Source: an uncultured Gammaproteobacteria bacterium (lineage in GTDB: Bacteria; Pseudomonadota; Gammaproteobacteria; JACCXJ01). From it: 64,000 bases of DNA. This document shows, piece after piece, positions 34,393-44,806 of this stretch. Position numbers and translations under genes: made by a program. The notes beneath the pieces were generated by a model. That model did no database searches. It had not been told where the DNA came from and was given only the letters and a program-made list of their open reading frames with translations. Numbering within the stretch: the first letter of the stretch is position 1; each line of letters opens with the position of its first letter. Location: assembly GCA_963764725.1 (NCBI GenBank), contig CAVXTM010000001.1:384001-448000 (forward strand), in the 5' to 3' direction.

Positions 34393-34956
34393 TTACTTCG
34401 GTCCCTTCTGGTTATCGCTGACTATCGCTTTGCTGCCCGAATAGCCGTCGGCGATGGGCTTTCCGTTCGTATTGATCTTTCCGCCGCAGGGTGCAATGTC
34501 GTGACTTGAGGTGGTAGTAGAGTTCTCGAGTAATTTCTCCAATCTCACGGACCTCGCACTCAATAACCGATTAAGAAGCAATGACGAGTTGGCGCAGAAT
34601 GCCGCGTGCGTAATACTGCTGCGGTGTGAAGCTTCGTTGGCCAGCCGTGTGATAAAGGTGTTTAGGTTTTTCCGTCCCGCGGCACCGTGTTTTCGTTGGA
34701 AGAACGACTGCAGGGTTCGCCCATGTTTGACTAAATCGCCCTGATATTTTCTTACGAAGGCGTTATAGTGGATTCTATTGCCACAGGAAAGCGCAGCTAC
34801 CATAAGCTCGGTTTGTAGGGCGCGGGTATCGAGGGCGGTCTGTTCGCCTGGGCCTGCGCATGGCTCCGCCCAAGCGGAATCCGCCGTAATAAGGCCGGTC
34901 GTGATGACCATTGCTGATGTGAAGATACGAACTGGCCTCCAATTTATAGAGTTCAC
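34393..34956 (-). CDS. Hypothetical exported protein
   Basis: Signal-like N-terminus ending AWA; LQTELMVAALSC; four Cys. Confidence 0.65.
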   Translation of the reverse strand: MNSINWRPVRIFTSAMVITTGLITADSAWAEPCAGPGEQTALDTRALQTELMVAALSCGNRIHYNAFVRKYQGDLVKHGRTLQSFFQRKHGAAGRKNLNTFITRLANEASHRSSITHAAFCANSSLLLNRLLSARSVRLEKLLENSTTTSSHDIAPCGGKINTNGKPIADGYSGSKAIVSDNQKGPK

Positions 34957-35283
34957 GAAATACCTCCCAAATAATTCGTAAGTGATTACTATGCCACATC
35001 TATATGCTCTTGCCTAGCCGTAATTCTTGTCAGGACGATCGGGTATAGTACTTTCTAACGCTGCAAAAATCCCGTTGTTCGGCGAACTCATGCAGCTTTC
35101 AGAGCGGTCAGGTAATGCAACAGTTCTGCCTGAACGCAGGACTGGCTGGCCTACTGAAGGTTAGCTGTCCTTGCGGCCGGATCAAAACGGCCACGCTGGG
35201 TCGATCGGTAGAATTCGTCCCCAAAGGTTTCTTTCGAATCGCCTGCTCCTGCGCGCTCATTGGCGCGGATGTGCGCGAACACA

Positions 35284-36045
35284 CTACCCAGCGCGCTTCA
35301 GCGTCCGCGCGAAATATTCGAGCGCGGTACGGGTCTTCGTTTCCTGAGCCCCGGCCGGGTCGATGCCAAGTTCGCGCAGATGGCTTTCAAACGCCCGCCG
35401 CGCTGTCGCGGCTTGATCCGGTTCCACCTTGATCGAAACTTCAAGTAAATCCTCACCGTCGGGAAGACGCCACTCTTCGGCAGTCAACTCATAGGGGAAT
35501 CCCTTATGCTCCGTTTTCCAGCGGAGCACTCTGATCGGACCAAGCGCTCTGAGCCGCTCGAAGTTGATGGCGTGCGGGGAGAACTCAGTGAGAAAGCGCA
35601 GCTGATCCGCCGAGAAGAGTTTGTGGACCGGACGGTCACCCTTAGCCACTTCATCGATCTCGTCGCGTTTTTGCACTCCAGTAAGGGAGGCAGAGCAAAC
35701 GACGCGGTCCCCCGTGCTATCCGCCTCTAACTTGAAACCCTCTGTTTCGATCCAGCTCTGCGGTACCGCACCGGGTTCGATCGGCCGGACCTTGACCGTG
35801 GAGTCATCATCATCCCCTTTGACCAAGCGTGCGCGAAGCACAACCCCCGCGTTGAACAAATCAAGGTTGACCGTGTCGTAGAAATAAATCACGCGGACCT
35901 CCGCCGAGTCCTCGTTAAGCTCCAGCGCCCTAAGACCCTGGAGTTCCTGATCCGGCCGTATGGTCACTTTGATTTCAACCCGCTCGACCCCTGTGATTGC
36001 ATGGGTGTTGCTGGTGCGCTTGGCTGTTTTGCGAGTTGTTGTCAT
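35284..36045 (-). CDS. CYTH-like (triphosphate tunnel) domain protein
   Basis: VEIK, YFYDT..LDL, LRAR, STVK, LEVSIK, QETKT; RBS AGGAGG. Confidence 0.75.
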   Translation of the reverse strand: MTTTRKTAKRTSNTHAITGVERVEIKVTIRPDQELQGLRALELNEDSAEVRVIYFYDTVNLDLFNAGVVLRARLVKGDDDDSTVKVRPIEPGAVPQSWIETEGFKLEADSTGDRVVCSASLTGVQKRDEIDEVAKGDRPVHKLFSADQLRFLTEFSPHAINFERLRALGPIRVLRWKTEHKGFPYELTAEEWRLPDGEDLLEVSIKVEPDQAATARRAFESHLRELGIDPAGAQETKTRTALEYFARTLKRAG

Positions 36046-36851
36046 GATCAGTCCTCCTGTGGTTGTGTTCAGGTCGCTGCGGTACACCGGACATTGGATC
36101 CTTATAGATGTCTTGGTAAAGCGGCTATGGGGTCTTCGTTGTCGAAGGCGGCGGCGCCGCGACAAGACCGCTCGCCCCTCGTAGCACAACGATTTACGAT
36201 AGATGCGCATTACTCGAAGTTCCGAAAGCGCTATTTTTCTGATGTCTGAGCGGTCATTGGTTCGGCGGCGATGGTGGCCCACGACCTCGGCCTGGGACAC
36301 CAAATCGGGGGTACGGCGGGGTACGGGGTACGCCTAGTGATTAGTTTTCTCTCCATAGCTCCCCTTGCTCTCGTTATCGATGAATCGCTGCCGGCCGTAC
36401 CGGTCATGGGTGAACCGCGGAAGGCACATTGTGATTGCTTAACCACGCGCTTCGGGGATCCACCTGTCACTTCGATGGCGCCATCTTACACGCACACCGG
36501 CCGGCTTTTAGCAATTTCGTTCGGTAAAGGCTCTTAATCCGGGGCGTCGGGAACTAATGTATTACGTTATATTGAATTGATGACGGGAGGACGCTAACAT
36601 TTTGTTCTGCGCTGCGACATTGGGAAGCGAAGCCTCGAACAAGCCATCACAGTCCAGGGAACGGTATGCCCGCACGCTCGAAGATATCAGGGTCTCTCAT
36701 CCGGTCGTACTGCTCCGTCCAAGGAAAGGAATCCGCTCCAACCAAGCGTTTTTCGTCGGCGATCGGCCGGTGGGTTGTCCTGAGCCTGATTTAAGGTTAT
36801 GACTGCGTTAGGTAACACGCGATCCCCTTCGTATCGAGGAGCAAGAGATTA

Positions 36852-37770
36852 ATGCAGATTAGACGACCGGCTCGGCTTATGTTGATGGCATTAATCCCTT
36901 GGTCGGGGATCGCGGGGGCGGATTTCGCGTTCGACATGCCAAAGGGCGTGACACTCATTTCACACAAGGGCTATGACCTGCACATTCTGATCCTCGTCAT
37001 GTGCGGGGTTATAACGGCCTTGCTCTATAGCGTGATGTTCTATTCGATCTTCGCGCACCGCAAATCCAAGGGCGCGGTGGCGGTACAGTTCCACGAAAAC
37101 ACTCTGGTAGAGGTGCTGTGGACCGTAGTTCCATTCCTGATCCTTGTGCTAATGGCGGTGCCCGCAACCAAGGCGATGATCGCGATGTACGACACCTCGG
37201 ACGCGGAGGTTACGATTAGAGTGACCGGTTACCAGTGGAAGTGGCAGTATGAGTACCTCGAGGACGGGATCAAATTCGTCAGTAACTTGAAAACCGCAAC
37301 CGAGCCGATCTACAAGGGCGAGGCGAAGCGAGAGCAGGATCTGCAGGAGGTGGATAACCCGCTCGTGTTGCCGGTGGGCAAGAAGGTACGATTTCTAATC
37401 ACGGCCGCGGATGTGCTGCATGCCTGGTGGGTTCCCGATTTCGGCTGGAAGCGAGACGCGACGCCGGGGTTTATAAATGAAGGCTGGGTGAGGATCGAAA
37501 AACCCGGTACCTATCGCGGGCAATGCGCCGAGCTATGCGGCCGCGGACACGCCTTCATGCCAATCGTTATCGAGGCCAAGATCGATCAAGAGTATACGCA
37601 ATGGATTAGTGATCAAAAAGCGCTCCAGGCCGCAGCGCAAGATGCCGCGGGTAAGACCTTCACCAAGGACTAGCTCATGGCTGAGGGTTCGAGGTATATA
37701 ACGCCAACCGCGCTGCTTGCCACCAAAGCGGCGGCAAAGGGGTGCCGGGCGCATTCCCGCAACCCCGCTA
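36852..37770 (+). pseudogene. coxB: Cytochrome c oxidase subunit II, truncated in its cytochrome c extension; orphan
   Basis: GYQWKW, DVLHAW, CAELCGRGHAFM CuA motif; stop at 37673, then decayed VYNANRAACHQ..GKGVPGAFP. Confidence 0.85.
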
Positions 37771-37781
37771 CACTCTAGTGT

Positions 37782-39203
37782 ATGGATAATGTGCGTTTGG
37801 GCGATTTCGTCGCGACCGTATGGGCTCAATCGGTTGTTCCCGAGATCACCGAATACATCCGCATCCCCAATAAATCCCCGGCCTTTGACACCGATTGGCA
37901 AGCCCACGGGTATATGGACGAGGCCGTGGCCCAGTTTGAACGCTGGGCCCGTCGCCAGCCCCTTCGAGATATCGAAGTCGAGGTCGTACGGCTGCCGGGG
38001 CGCACGCCGCTGTTGTATATGGACATTCCCGGCGTGGGCGCCGGCACGATCCTTCTATACGGTCACTTGGATAAGCAGCCGGAGACGAGCGGCTGGCGCG
38101 CGGGCCTGGGCCCGTGGCAGCCGGTATTCGAGGGGGAGCGTCTCTACGGTCGCGGCGCCGCGGACGACGGCTACGCGCTTTTCTCCGCACTCACCGCGCT
38201 TGCGGGAATACAAGCCCAAGGGCTCAAGCATGCGCGCTCTGTCGTCATCATCGAAGCCTGTGAGGAGAGCGGTAGCCTTGACCTGCCGCACTATATCGAG
38301 TTGCTGTCCGATCGCATCGGCAAACCGGATCTCGTCATCTGTCTCGATTCCGGCTGCGGTGATTACGAGCGCTTGTGGTGCACGACCTCTTTGCGGGGTC
38401 TCATCGGCGGGGTGCTCAAGGTCGAGGTCCTCACCGAAGGGGTGCATTCGGGCGACGCGAGCGGTATTGTCCCCTCGAGCTTTCGCATTTTGCGGCAAAT
38501 CCTCAACCGCTTGGAAGATGCCGAGACCGGCGCGATCCTGCCTCCCGACTTTAGCGTTGAAATTCCCGCAGAGCGCATCGAGCAGGCGCGCCGCGCCGCG
38601 CAGGTCCTCGGCTCGCAAGTCCACGCCAAGTTCCCGTTCAGCGGGACCACCCGCGCCGCGACGGCGGAGCCGCTGGCACTGCTTCTTAACCGTACCTGGC
38701 GGCCGGCGCTTGCGGTCGTCGGCGCCGAGGGCTTGCCTCCTCTCGGGCAGGCCGGCAATGTCCTGCGACCCGCGACCTCGGTCAAGCTCTCCCTGCGGTT
38801 GCCCCCGACGTGCAACGCCGTGGCGGCCGCGCGCTCTCTCAAACAGTTATTGCAATCGGCCCCGCCCTATGACGCGAGCGTGACCTTTACCTCGGATTGG
38901 TCCGCCACGGGTTGGAATGCGCCGCCCCTCGCCGAGTGGCTCGAGAACGCAATCGATGCTGCTTCGCGGACCTTTTTTGAGAAACCCGCGGTGTACCTGG
39001 GTGAAGGCGGCACCATCCCCTTCATGGCCATGCTGGGCGAGCGCTTTCCCCACGCGCAATTTCTCATTACCGGCGTGCTAGGGCCGGGATCGAATGCCCA
39101 TGGACCCAACGAGTTTCTGGATATTCCGACAGCCAAGCGCTTGACCTGCTGCATCGCCCGCGTCATCGTCGATCATTACCGGCATGGACGAGAGGGAGGA
39201 TAA
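37782..39203 (+). CDS. M20 family metallopeptidase
   Basis: YGHLDKQP, GRGAADD, CEESGS, HSG, NAHGPNE. Confidence 0.93.
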   Translation: MDNVRLGDFVATVWAQSVVPEITEYIRIPNKSPAFDTDWQAHGYMDEAVAQFERWARRQPLRDIEVEVVRLPGRTPLLYMDIPGVGAGTILLYGHLDKQPETSGWRAGLGPWQPVFEGERLYGRGAADDGYALFSALTALAGIQAQGLKHARSVVIIEACEESGSLDLPHYIELLSDRIGKPDLVICLDSGCGDYERLWCTTSLRGLIGGVLKVEVLTEGVHSGDASGIVPSSFRILRQILNRLEDAETGAILPPDFSVEIPAERIEQARRAAQVLGSQVHAKFPFSGTTRAATAEPLALLLNRTWRPALAVVGAEGLPPLGQAGNVLRPATSVKLSLRLPPTCNAVAAARSLKQLLQSAPPYDASVTFTSDWSATGWNAPPLAEWLENAIDAASRTFFEKPAVYLGEGGTIPFMAMLGERFPHAQFLITGVLGPGSNAHGPNEFLDIPTAKRLTCCIARVIVDHYRHGREGG

Positions 39204-39207
39204 CACG

Positions 39208-40074
39208 ATGATGAAGGTTGGAGTGATCGGGCTAGGTGCGATGGGCGCGCCGATGGCCATGAATCTGCACCGCGCGGGCTTGCTTCGGGCCGTCTGGAAT
39301 CGAACCCGCTCGCGGGCGCAAGCCCTGTCTCGGGAGACGGGTGTGGCCATCGCCGAGAGTCCGGCGGAGCTCGCGGCGGGGGTGGACCTCGTGCTCACAT
39401 CGGTGTCGCGCGATGCGGATCTGGAAGAGGTGATTAACGCCTTGCTGCCCGGCGTTCGGGCGGGCGGTGCGGTGGCGGACACCTCCACCGTCAGCGCAGA
39501 TACCGCGCGTGCGATGGCGGCGGCGCTTAAACTCAAAGGGGCGGCATTTCTCGATTGCCCGGTCTCCGGAGGCGTGGAGGGCGCGCGAAACGGCCGCCTG
39601 GCCATGATGGTCGGCGGCGAGGAGACGGTGCTGGAACTAATTCGGCCGGCTTTGGCCGCGCTCGCCGCGACCATCGTCTACATGGGCCCCAGCGGTTCCG
39701 GTCAAGCGACCAAGGCGGTCAATCAGATCATGGCCGCGGGGATCAACCAGGCGGTGACCGAGGCCCTCGCCTTCGGTGAGTCCATGGGACTCGATCTCAC
39801 GAAAGTAATCGACGTCGTGAGCCAAGGAGCAGCCGCGAACTGGTTCCTGAGCCACCGCGGCAAGACCATGGTGGCGGGGTGCTTTGATCCCGGCTTTAAA
39901 GTCGCACTCCATCATAAGGACCTTGCGATCTGCCGGGCGATGGGCGGCGGCCGGCCGCTGCCGATCGTGGATTTAACCCTGGAAAATTACCAGCGACTCA
40001 TCGATCAAGGTTACGGGGCGGAGGACATCTCGGCCCTGTACCGGATCAAGCGCGAACAACTCGTAGCGGGATAA
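39208..40074 (+). CDS. NAD(P)-dependent beta-hydroxyacid dehydrogenase (GarR/MmsB family)
   Basis: GVIGLGAMG, DCPVSGG, KAVNQ, F..LHHKDL. Confidence 0.92.
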   Translation: MMKVGVIGLGAMGAPMAMNLHRAGLLRAVWNRTRSRAQALSRETGVAIAESPAELAAGVDLVLTSVSRDADLEEVINALLPGVRAGGAVADTSTVSADTARAMAAALKLKGAAFLDCPVSGGVEGARNGRLAMMVGGEETVLELIRPALAALAATIVYMGPSGSGQATKAVNQIMAAGINQAVTEALAFGESMGLDLTKVIDVVSQGAAANWFLSHRGKTMVAGCFDPGFKVALHHKDLAICRAMGGGRPLPIVDLTLENYQRLIDQGYGAEDISALYRIKREQLVAG

Positions 40075-40118
40075 CGCGCCGCCAGCGGGCGTACAGGCCG
40101 GGCGGGTTCACGGGGACA

Positions 40119-41380
40119 ATGAATACATCTCGCACGCGGCTCTTTAAGGCCGCATTGATTCTAGCCGGCTGTCGCCTCCCTAGCTGTTGTTGTGGCCAGC
40201 TTTCTGAATAAAACACCCACGGACTATGAGATTGAATTAGCCACCATTGAAAATGACATCTTGAGCACCAAGACCAGCGCTCCTAGCGGATCCGCGGAAA
40301 GAGCATTAAGGCTGGTTTATCTGCATTATCTTAAGGCTTCGCTCACCGGCCGCTTTGATGATTTCAACGTGGCGGAAACCGAAACCGCCAACGCCATTCA
40401 CAAACTAGGCTCCTCCGACGATCTCTATCTTGTCAGGGCCAATCTCAATTACACGTTTCACCGGCTGGATGAGGCCACGCACGATCTCGATCGGCTTTCC
40501 TCCCTCGCCGCGAGCCCGCGAGCCCAAGTCCTACGAACCAATATAGACTTGCAACAAGGAAAGTACGCCGAAGCGAAGCGAGGCTATGAAGAGCGTGATA
40601 CAAGCCGAGCGCACCTGGGACAACCTGGCGCGCCTGGCCTATCTGGAATCCAAGATCGGCGATCCTACGGCCGCAGATCGCTTATATCGGGAAGCTCAGG
40701 ACGAGATTACAGCCAAGGACATGCGCTCCTATGCCTGGGTGGAAGTGCAGAGGGGATTGCTGGATTTAAGGCAAGGGCGCCATGAAGAAGCCTGGACGCA
40801 TTACCGGCATGCCGATAAGGCCTATTCCGGCTATTGGCTGATCGAGGATCACATGGCGGAGCTCCTCGGGGCGCAGCGGAAATACGGCGAAGCAATCGCG
40901 CGCTACCAGAGCGTCATCGCGCACGCGCCGCGGCCGGAGTTCCAACAAGCCGTGGGCGATCTCTACGCCTTGATGGGCCAACCCGAGCGAGCGCGGCCGT
41001 GGCACGAGCAAGCGCTCGCCGCTTACCTCGCATCGGCGCTCCGCCGCGAAGTGCATTACTTCCACCACCTTGCTTGGTTTTACGCCGACGTGCGCGAGGA
41101 CGGCGCCGAGGCGGTGAAATGGGCGCGCAGGGATCTCGATCTGCGGCGCAATTACGCGACCCGGGAAGCACTGGCCTGGGCGCTGTATCGCGCCGGCCGG
41201 ATCGCCGAATCGCTCGACGAAATCAAGCAAGCGCTCGCGGCCGGCGTGAAGGATGCACACCTGTTTTTCCATGCGGCGATGATCCACCTCGCCGCCGGCC
41301 GCACCGACGAGGGTAAGCAGTTCTTGAAAAGGGCGGCCGAAGTGAATCCGCGTTACGAAGCCTTCCATGTGCATCGTTGA
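40119..41380 (+). pseudogene. Tetratricopeptide-repeat protein, frameshifted (near 40170 and 40590)
   Basis: TPR-like helices in ORFs 40192-40785 and 40586-41380 that join across a frameshift. Confidence 0.7.
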
Positions 41381-42503
41381 GGCACATCGGCTGGGACGCG
41401 GCGATTGGGCGCGGTATTGCCTGCTCGTGTTGGCGCTCTGCGCCGCGCGGTTCGCCGGGGCGCATCCGGTAGCGCAAGGCGCGCTGGAGATCGAGATTCT
41501 TCCCGGCCGCATCGAGCTGCGCGCGACGGTGTCGCGCGAGGAAGTGCTCGTGGCAGCGGCCTTCGGCGGGCAAGAAGGCATTCCGTATCCGGTAGCGGTG
41601 CGCCACCACGGTGCCTATCTACTCGCGCACCTCCAGGTCTGGGCAGACGGGCGCGCGCTTGAGGGGCGCGCGCTTAAGGTTTCCGATCAAGCGGCGGGGC
41701 GTCCGGCTTACACACTCGAGTATCGGCTTGCAGGAGGCGCGCCCGCGCGGCTCGAGTTGCGTCAGGACGTGCTGCGCGAGTTTGAGTTCGCGCCGGGAAA
41801 TCCGTGGGAAGCGAGCTACCTCGTGCGCATTTCCCAGCGGGGACAGTCACTGGCCGAGGGACTACTCCTGACCGCAAGAGAAGCGCTGAGCTTCGATTGC
41901 CGGCGGGACCCAATGGCGGGGCTCGGCCAAGTGCGGATGGCCGCGGCTTTCGTGCGCCACGGGATCACCCACATCCTCAGCGGCTACGATCACCTGCTCT
42001 TTGTCGGCGCATTGGTCCTGGCGGTCGTGAGCCTTTGGGACTTGATCAAGGTGATCAGCGCTTTCACGCTTGCCCATACCCTCACGCTCGCCTTGGCGGC
42101 CTTCGATCTGTTCCGGCTGCCGGCCGCCGTCGTCGAGCCGATGATCGCCGCGAGCATCGTCGTCGTCGCGGCGCAGAACCTCTTTTGGCCGCGGCAGAGC
42201 CGAGGCTGGAGCCGTGCGCTCGTGGCGTTTGTTTTCGGGCTCTTCCACGGCTTGGGCTTCGCCGGCGGATTACTGGAGGCGATGGCGAGCCTCGGTGGGG
42301 CCGGCGCCGTCTTGGCTATCGCGGCTTTCAGCGTGGGTGTCGAGATCGGGCATCAAACCGTGGTGTTGCCGGCCTTCTGCGGGCTGCGCTTGCTGCGGCG
42401 CACGGCCAGAGGCGCACACCGTAACGAGCGGCTCGTGCAACGCTACGGCTCGGCCGTGATTTCGCTCGCCGGGATGATCTATCTCGTCGCCGCCTTGCGC
42501 TAA
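41367..42503 (+). CDS. HupE/UreJ family protein
   Basis: HILSGYDHLLF, AFTLAHTLT, VEPMIAAS, FGLFHGLGFA, GVEIG. Confidence 0.9.
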   Translation: MCIVEAHRLGRGDWARYCLLVLALCAARFAGAHPVAQGALEIEILPGRIELRATVSREEVLVAAAFGGQEGIPYPVAVRHHGAYLLAHLQVWADGRALEGRALKVSDQAAGRPAYTLEYRLAGGAPARLELRQDVLREFEFAPGNPWEASYLVRISQRGQSLAEGLLLTAREALSFDCRRDPMAGLGQVRMAAAFVRHGITHILSGYDHLLFVGALVLAVVSLWDLIKVISAFTLAHTLTLALAAFDLFRLPAAVVEPMIAASIVVVAAQNLFWPRQSRGWSRALVAFVFGLFHGLGFAGGLLEAMASLGGAGAVLAIAAFSVGVEIGHQTVVLPAFCGLRLLRRTARGAHRNERLVQRYGSAVISLAGMIYLVAALR

Positions 42504-42562
42504 GGCGCGCGATTTTTTCTAAAGACCGGGACCCAACTCATTCGCGAGTGTTTTTGAACGCA

Positions 42563-42660
42563 TACCCCGCGGTCTTGCCGCGGGTAGCTTAGCGATGGGG
42601 TCTCCAAAGGGAGAAGCGCCGCTTTTCCCTTTGGTCAAGGGCGGGGTTTATGCCCTGCCC
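42563..42660. repeat. Cluster of three hairpins (REP/MITE-like)
   Basis: TACCCCGCGG/CCGCGGGTA, CCAAAGGGA/TCCCTTTGG and GGGCGGGG/CCCTGCCC inverted pairs in tandem. Confidence 0.5.
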
Positions 42661-42816
42661 GCGAAGTATATTGATTCATACAGCTATGCGTATTGACCGC
42701 ACATTGTCGCCTGGACATAATGGCGGAGTCGATCGGCGCCCGTTCAGCATTCGCACTAGGGGGCAAGCGCGGCAGGGCGTCTGTGCGGGCAGGCGGCGGC
42801 GCAGTGGAGGGGGCAT

Positions 42817-44572
42817 ATGGCTACAATAGCAGAACCGGGGACGGCGGACGGACGCGTGAAGCTGGGTCTCGCGCTCTCGGGGGGCGGTTTTCGCGCCTCG
42901 TTTTTTCACCTGGGCGTCCTGGCCCAGATGGCGATGCAGGGCTTGCTGCGGCGGGTGGAGGTGATCTCAACGGTCTCGGGCGGCTCGATCATCGGGGCGC
43001 TTTACTACCTGCACCTGAAGCGGCTGTTGGAATCGGAGGCGGACTCCGACCTGACCGATGGCCACTATCAGCGCTTGGTCGAGGACATCGAGCGCGATTT
43101 CTTCGCGGCCGTTCAGACCAATCTTCGCATGAGTACCTTCACCGATCCGGCCGCGAACTTCAAGATCAGACGGCCGGACTATTCGCGCAGCGACCGCATT
43201 GCGGAGCTGTACAACGATCGCCTTTACCAAGGTGTCCTGCCCGGCCTAGAACCCCCTATCAAGATACGCGAGGTCAAGATCCAGCCTAAAGGGAGCCAAT
43301 GCGGGGTTTCACCCCGAGCGCGACAACCACGGCAGAGGCGCTAAGGTCCCTATTCTCCTTGTCAATGCGACTACGCTCAACTCCGGCCGTAACTGGCGCT
43401 TTACCGCATCGCGCATGGGAGAACCGCCGCGCGACAACGCCCTAGCAAGAGAAATAGACAAGAAGGCGATCCGCTTGCGCCGGCCGCCGTCCTACACCGA
43501 CATCCCGCCCTACCAACAAGACTTTACCCTAGGCCACGCCGTAGCCGCGTCCGCGTGTGTGCCGGGGATCTTTCACCCGCTCGCGATCAGTGGCCTGTAC
43601 CGTGATCCCGAGATGGGAGACGAGATCCGCGTGCAGTTGGTCGACGGCGGTGTCCACGACAACCAGGGGATCCAGGGTCTCCTGGACGAAGCCTGTACCC
43701 ACTTCATCGTGAGCGATGCCTCGGCCCAAATGGAAGAGATAGATGAGCCCGCTACCTACTTCGATGCGGTCTTGGGCCGCGCGGCCTCGATCTCCCAGGA
43801 CCGCGTGCGCGAAGAACAGCTTTTCCGTCTGTGGGGCCCCACCGACCGATCGCGCATCGCCTTCATGCATCTCCGGGCGGGACTGGCCACTCGTGCCATC
43901 GCCTGGCTGGGACCCGACGGGCAGCCCGGGACTCCCTCGGAGGAAGTCCTGCGACCTGCGATCTCGACCGCCGATTTTCATGTCGATGACCGGGTCCAGG
44001 ATCTCGTTTCGGGGATCCGAACCGATCTCGACTCCTTCACCGAGGTCGAGGCCTGCACGCTCATGGCGGACGGGTATCTGATGAGCGACTCCGAACTCCA
44101 CAGCTTGGCTGCGGCGGTGGCCGGCCGGCCGGGTGGGACCCCAAGGCCCGCGGATCTGGCGCCACCTGCGTGGGGTTTCCTCAAAATTAAGCCCTGGATG
44201 GAACGGCCCAACGAGGCCTATCTCAAGCAACTCAAAGTGGCGTCCTATCAATTTCTCAAGCTATTCCACTTGGTCCTGCCCGGCTGGGCAAAGGAGGCGT
44301 TAGCGGTGCTCGCCCTCCTAACGCTTCTCGCGCTCGTCTGGATCCTGATCGATGTGAGGTTCTCCCTGGGCCTTATACTGCTGATGGTGATAATGTGGGG
44401 GCTGAATCGCTACAGCCGAAAGCTCGGCCGCGGCGTGTGGGTATTCCGCGTGCTGCGCGCGCCCGTGGAGGCCATCGTGCGCTTGATCACGAGAGCACTC
44501 ATCCCGATGCTCGGGTCCTGGGCCATAAACTTACACTACATCAAGCGCCAGGCGAGCATGGTGCTCGCATAG
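42817..44572 (+). pseudogene. Patatin-like phospholipase with C-terminal TM helices, frameshifted near 43300
   Basis: LSGGGFRA, TVSGGS, NATTLNSG, AASACVP, DGGVHDNQG. Confidence 0.85.
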
Positions 44573-44806
44573 ATAAATCCACATCTCAAGTACATCAATC
44601 GGCCATCTTTTGCAGTGCGCTACGGCCAGATCGAGTGCTTACCGCCGTCCGGGGGGCAGTTTCCGCCGACGAGGGTGAAACGGCATGCCCATCGACTAAC
44701 CGCGATGAAGACTACCGCTCCCGAACAAACCGACATGTGGATTTGAACGCCCTCCAAGAAACCCGCAAGCGGGGGGAAGGCGGTACAGCGCAGTCACCGC
44801 CGGTTC

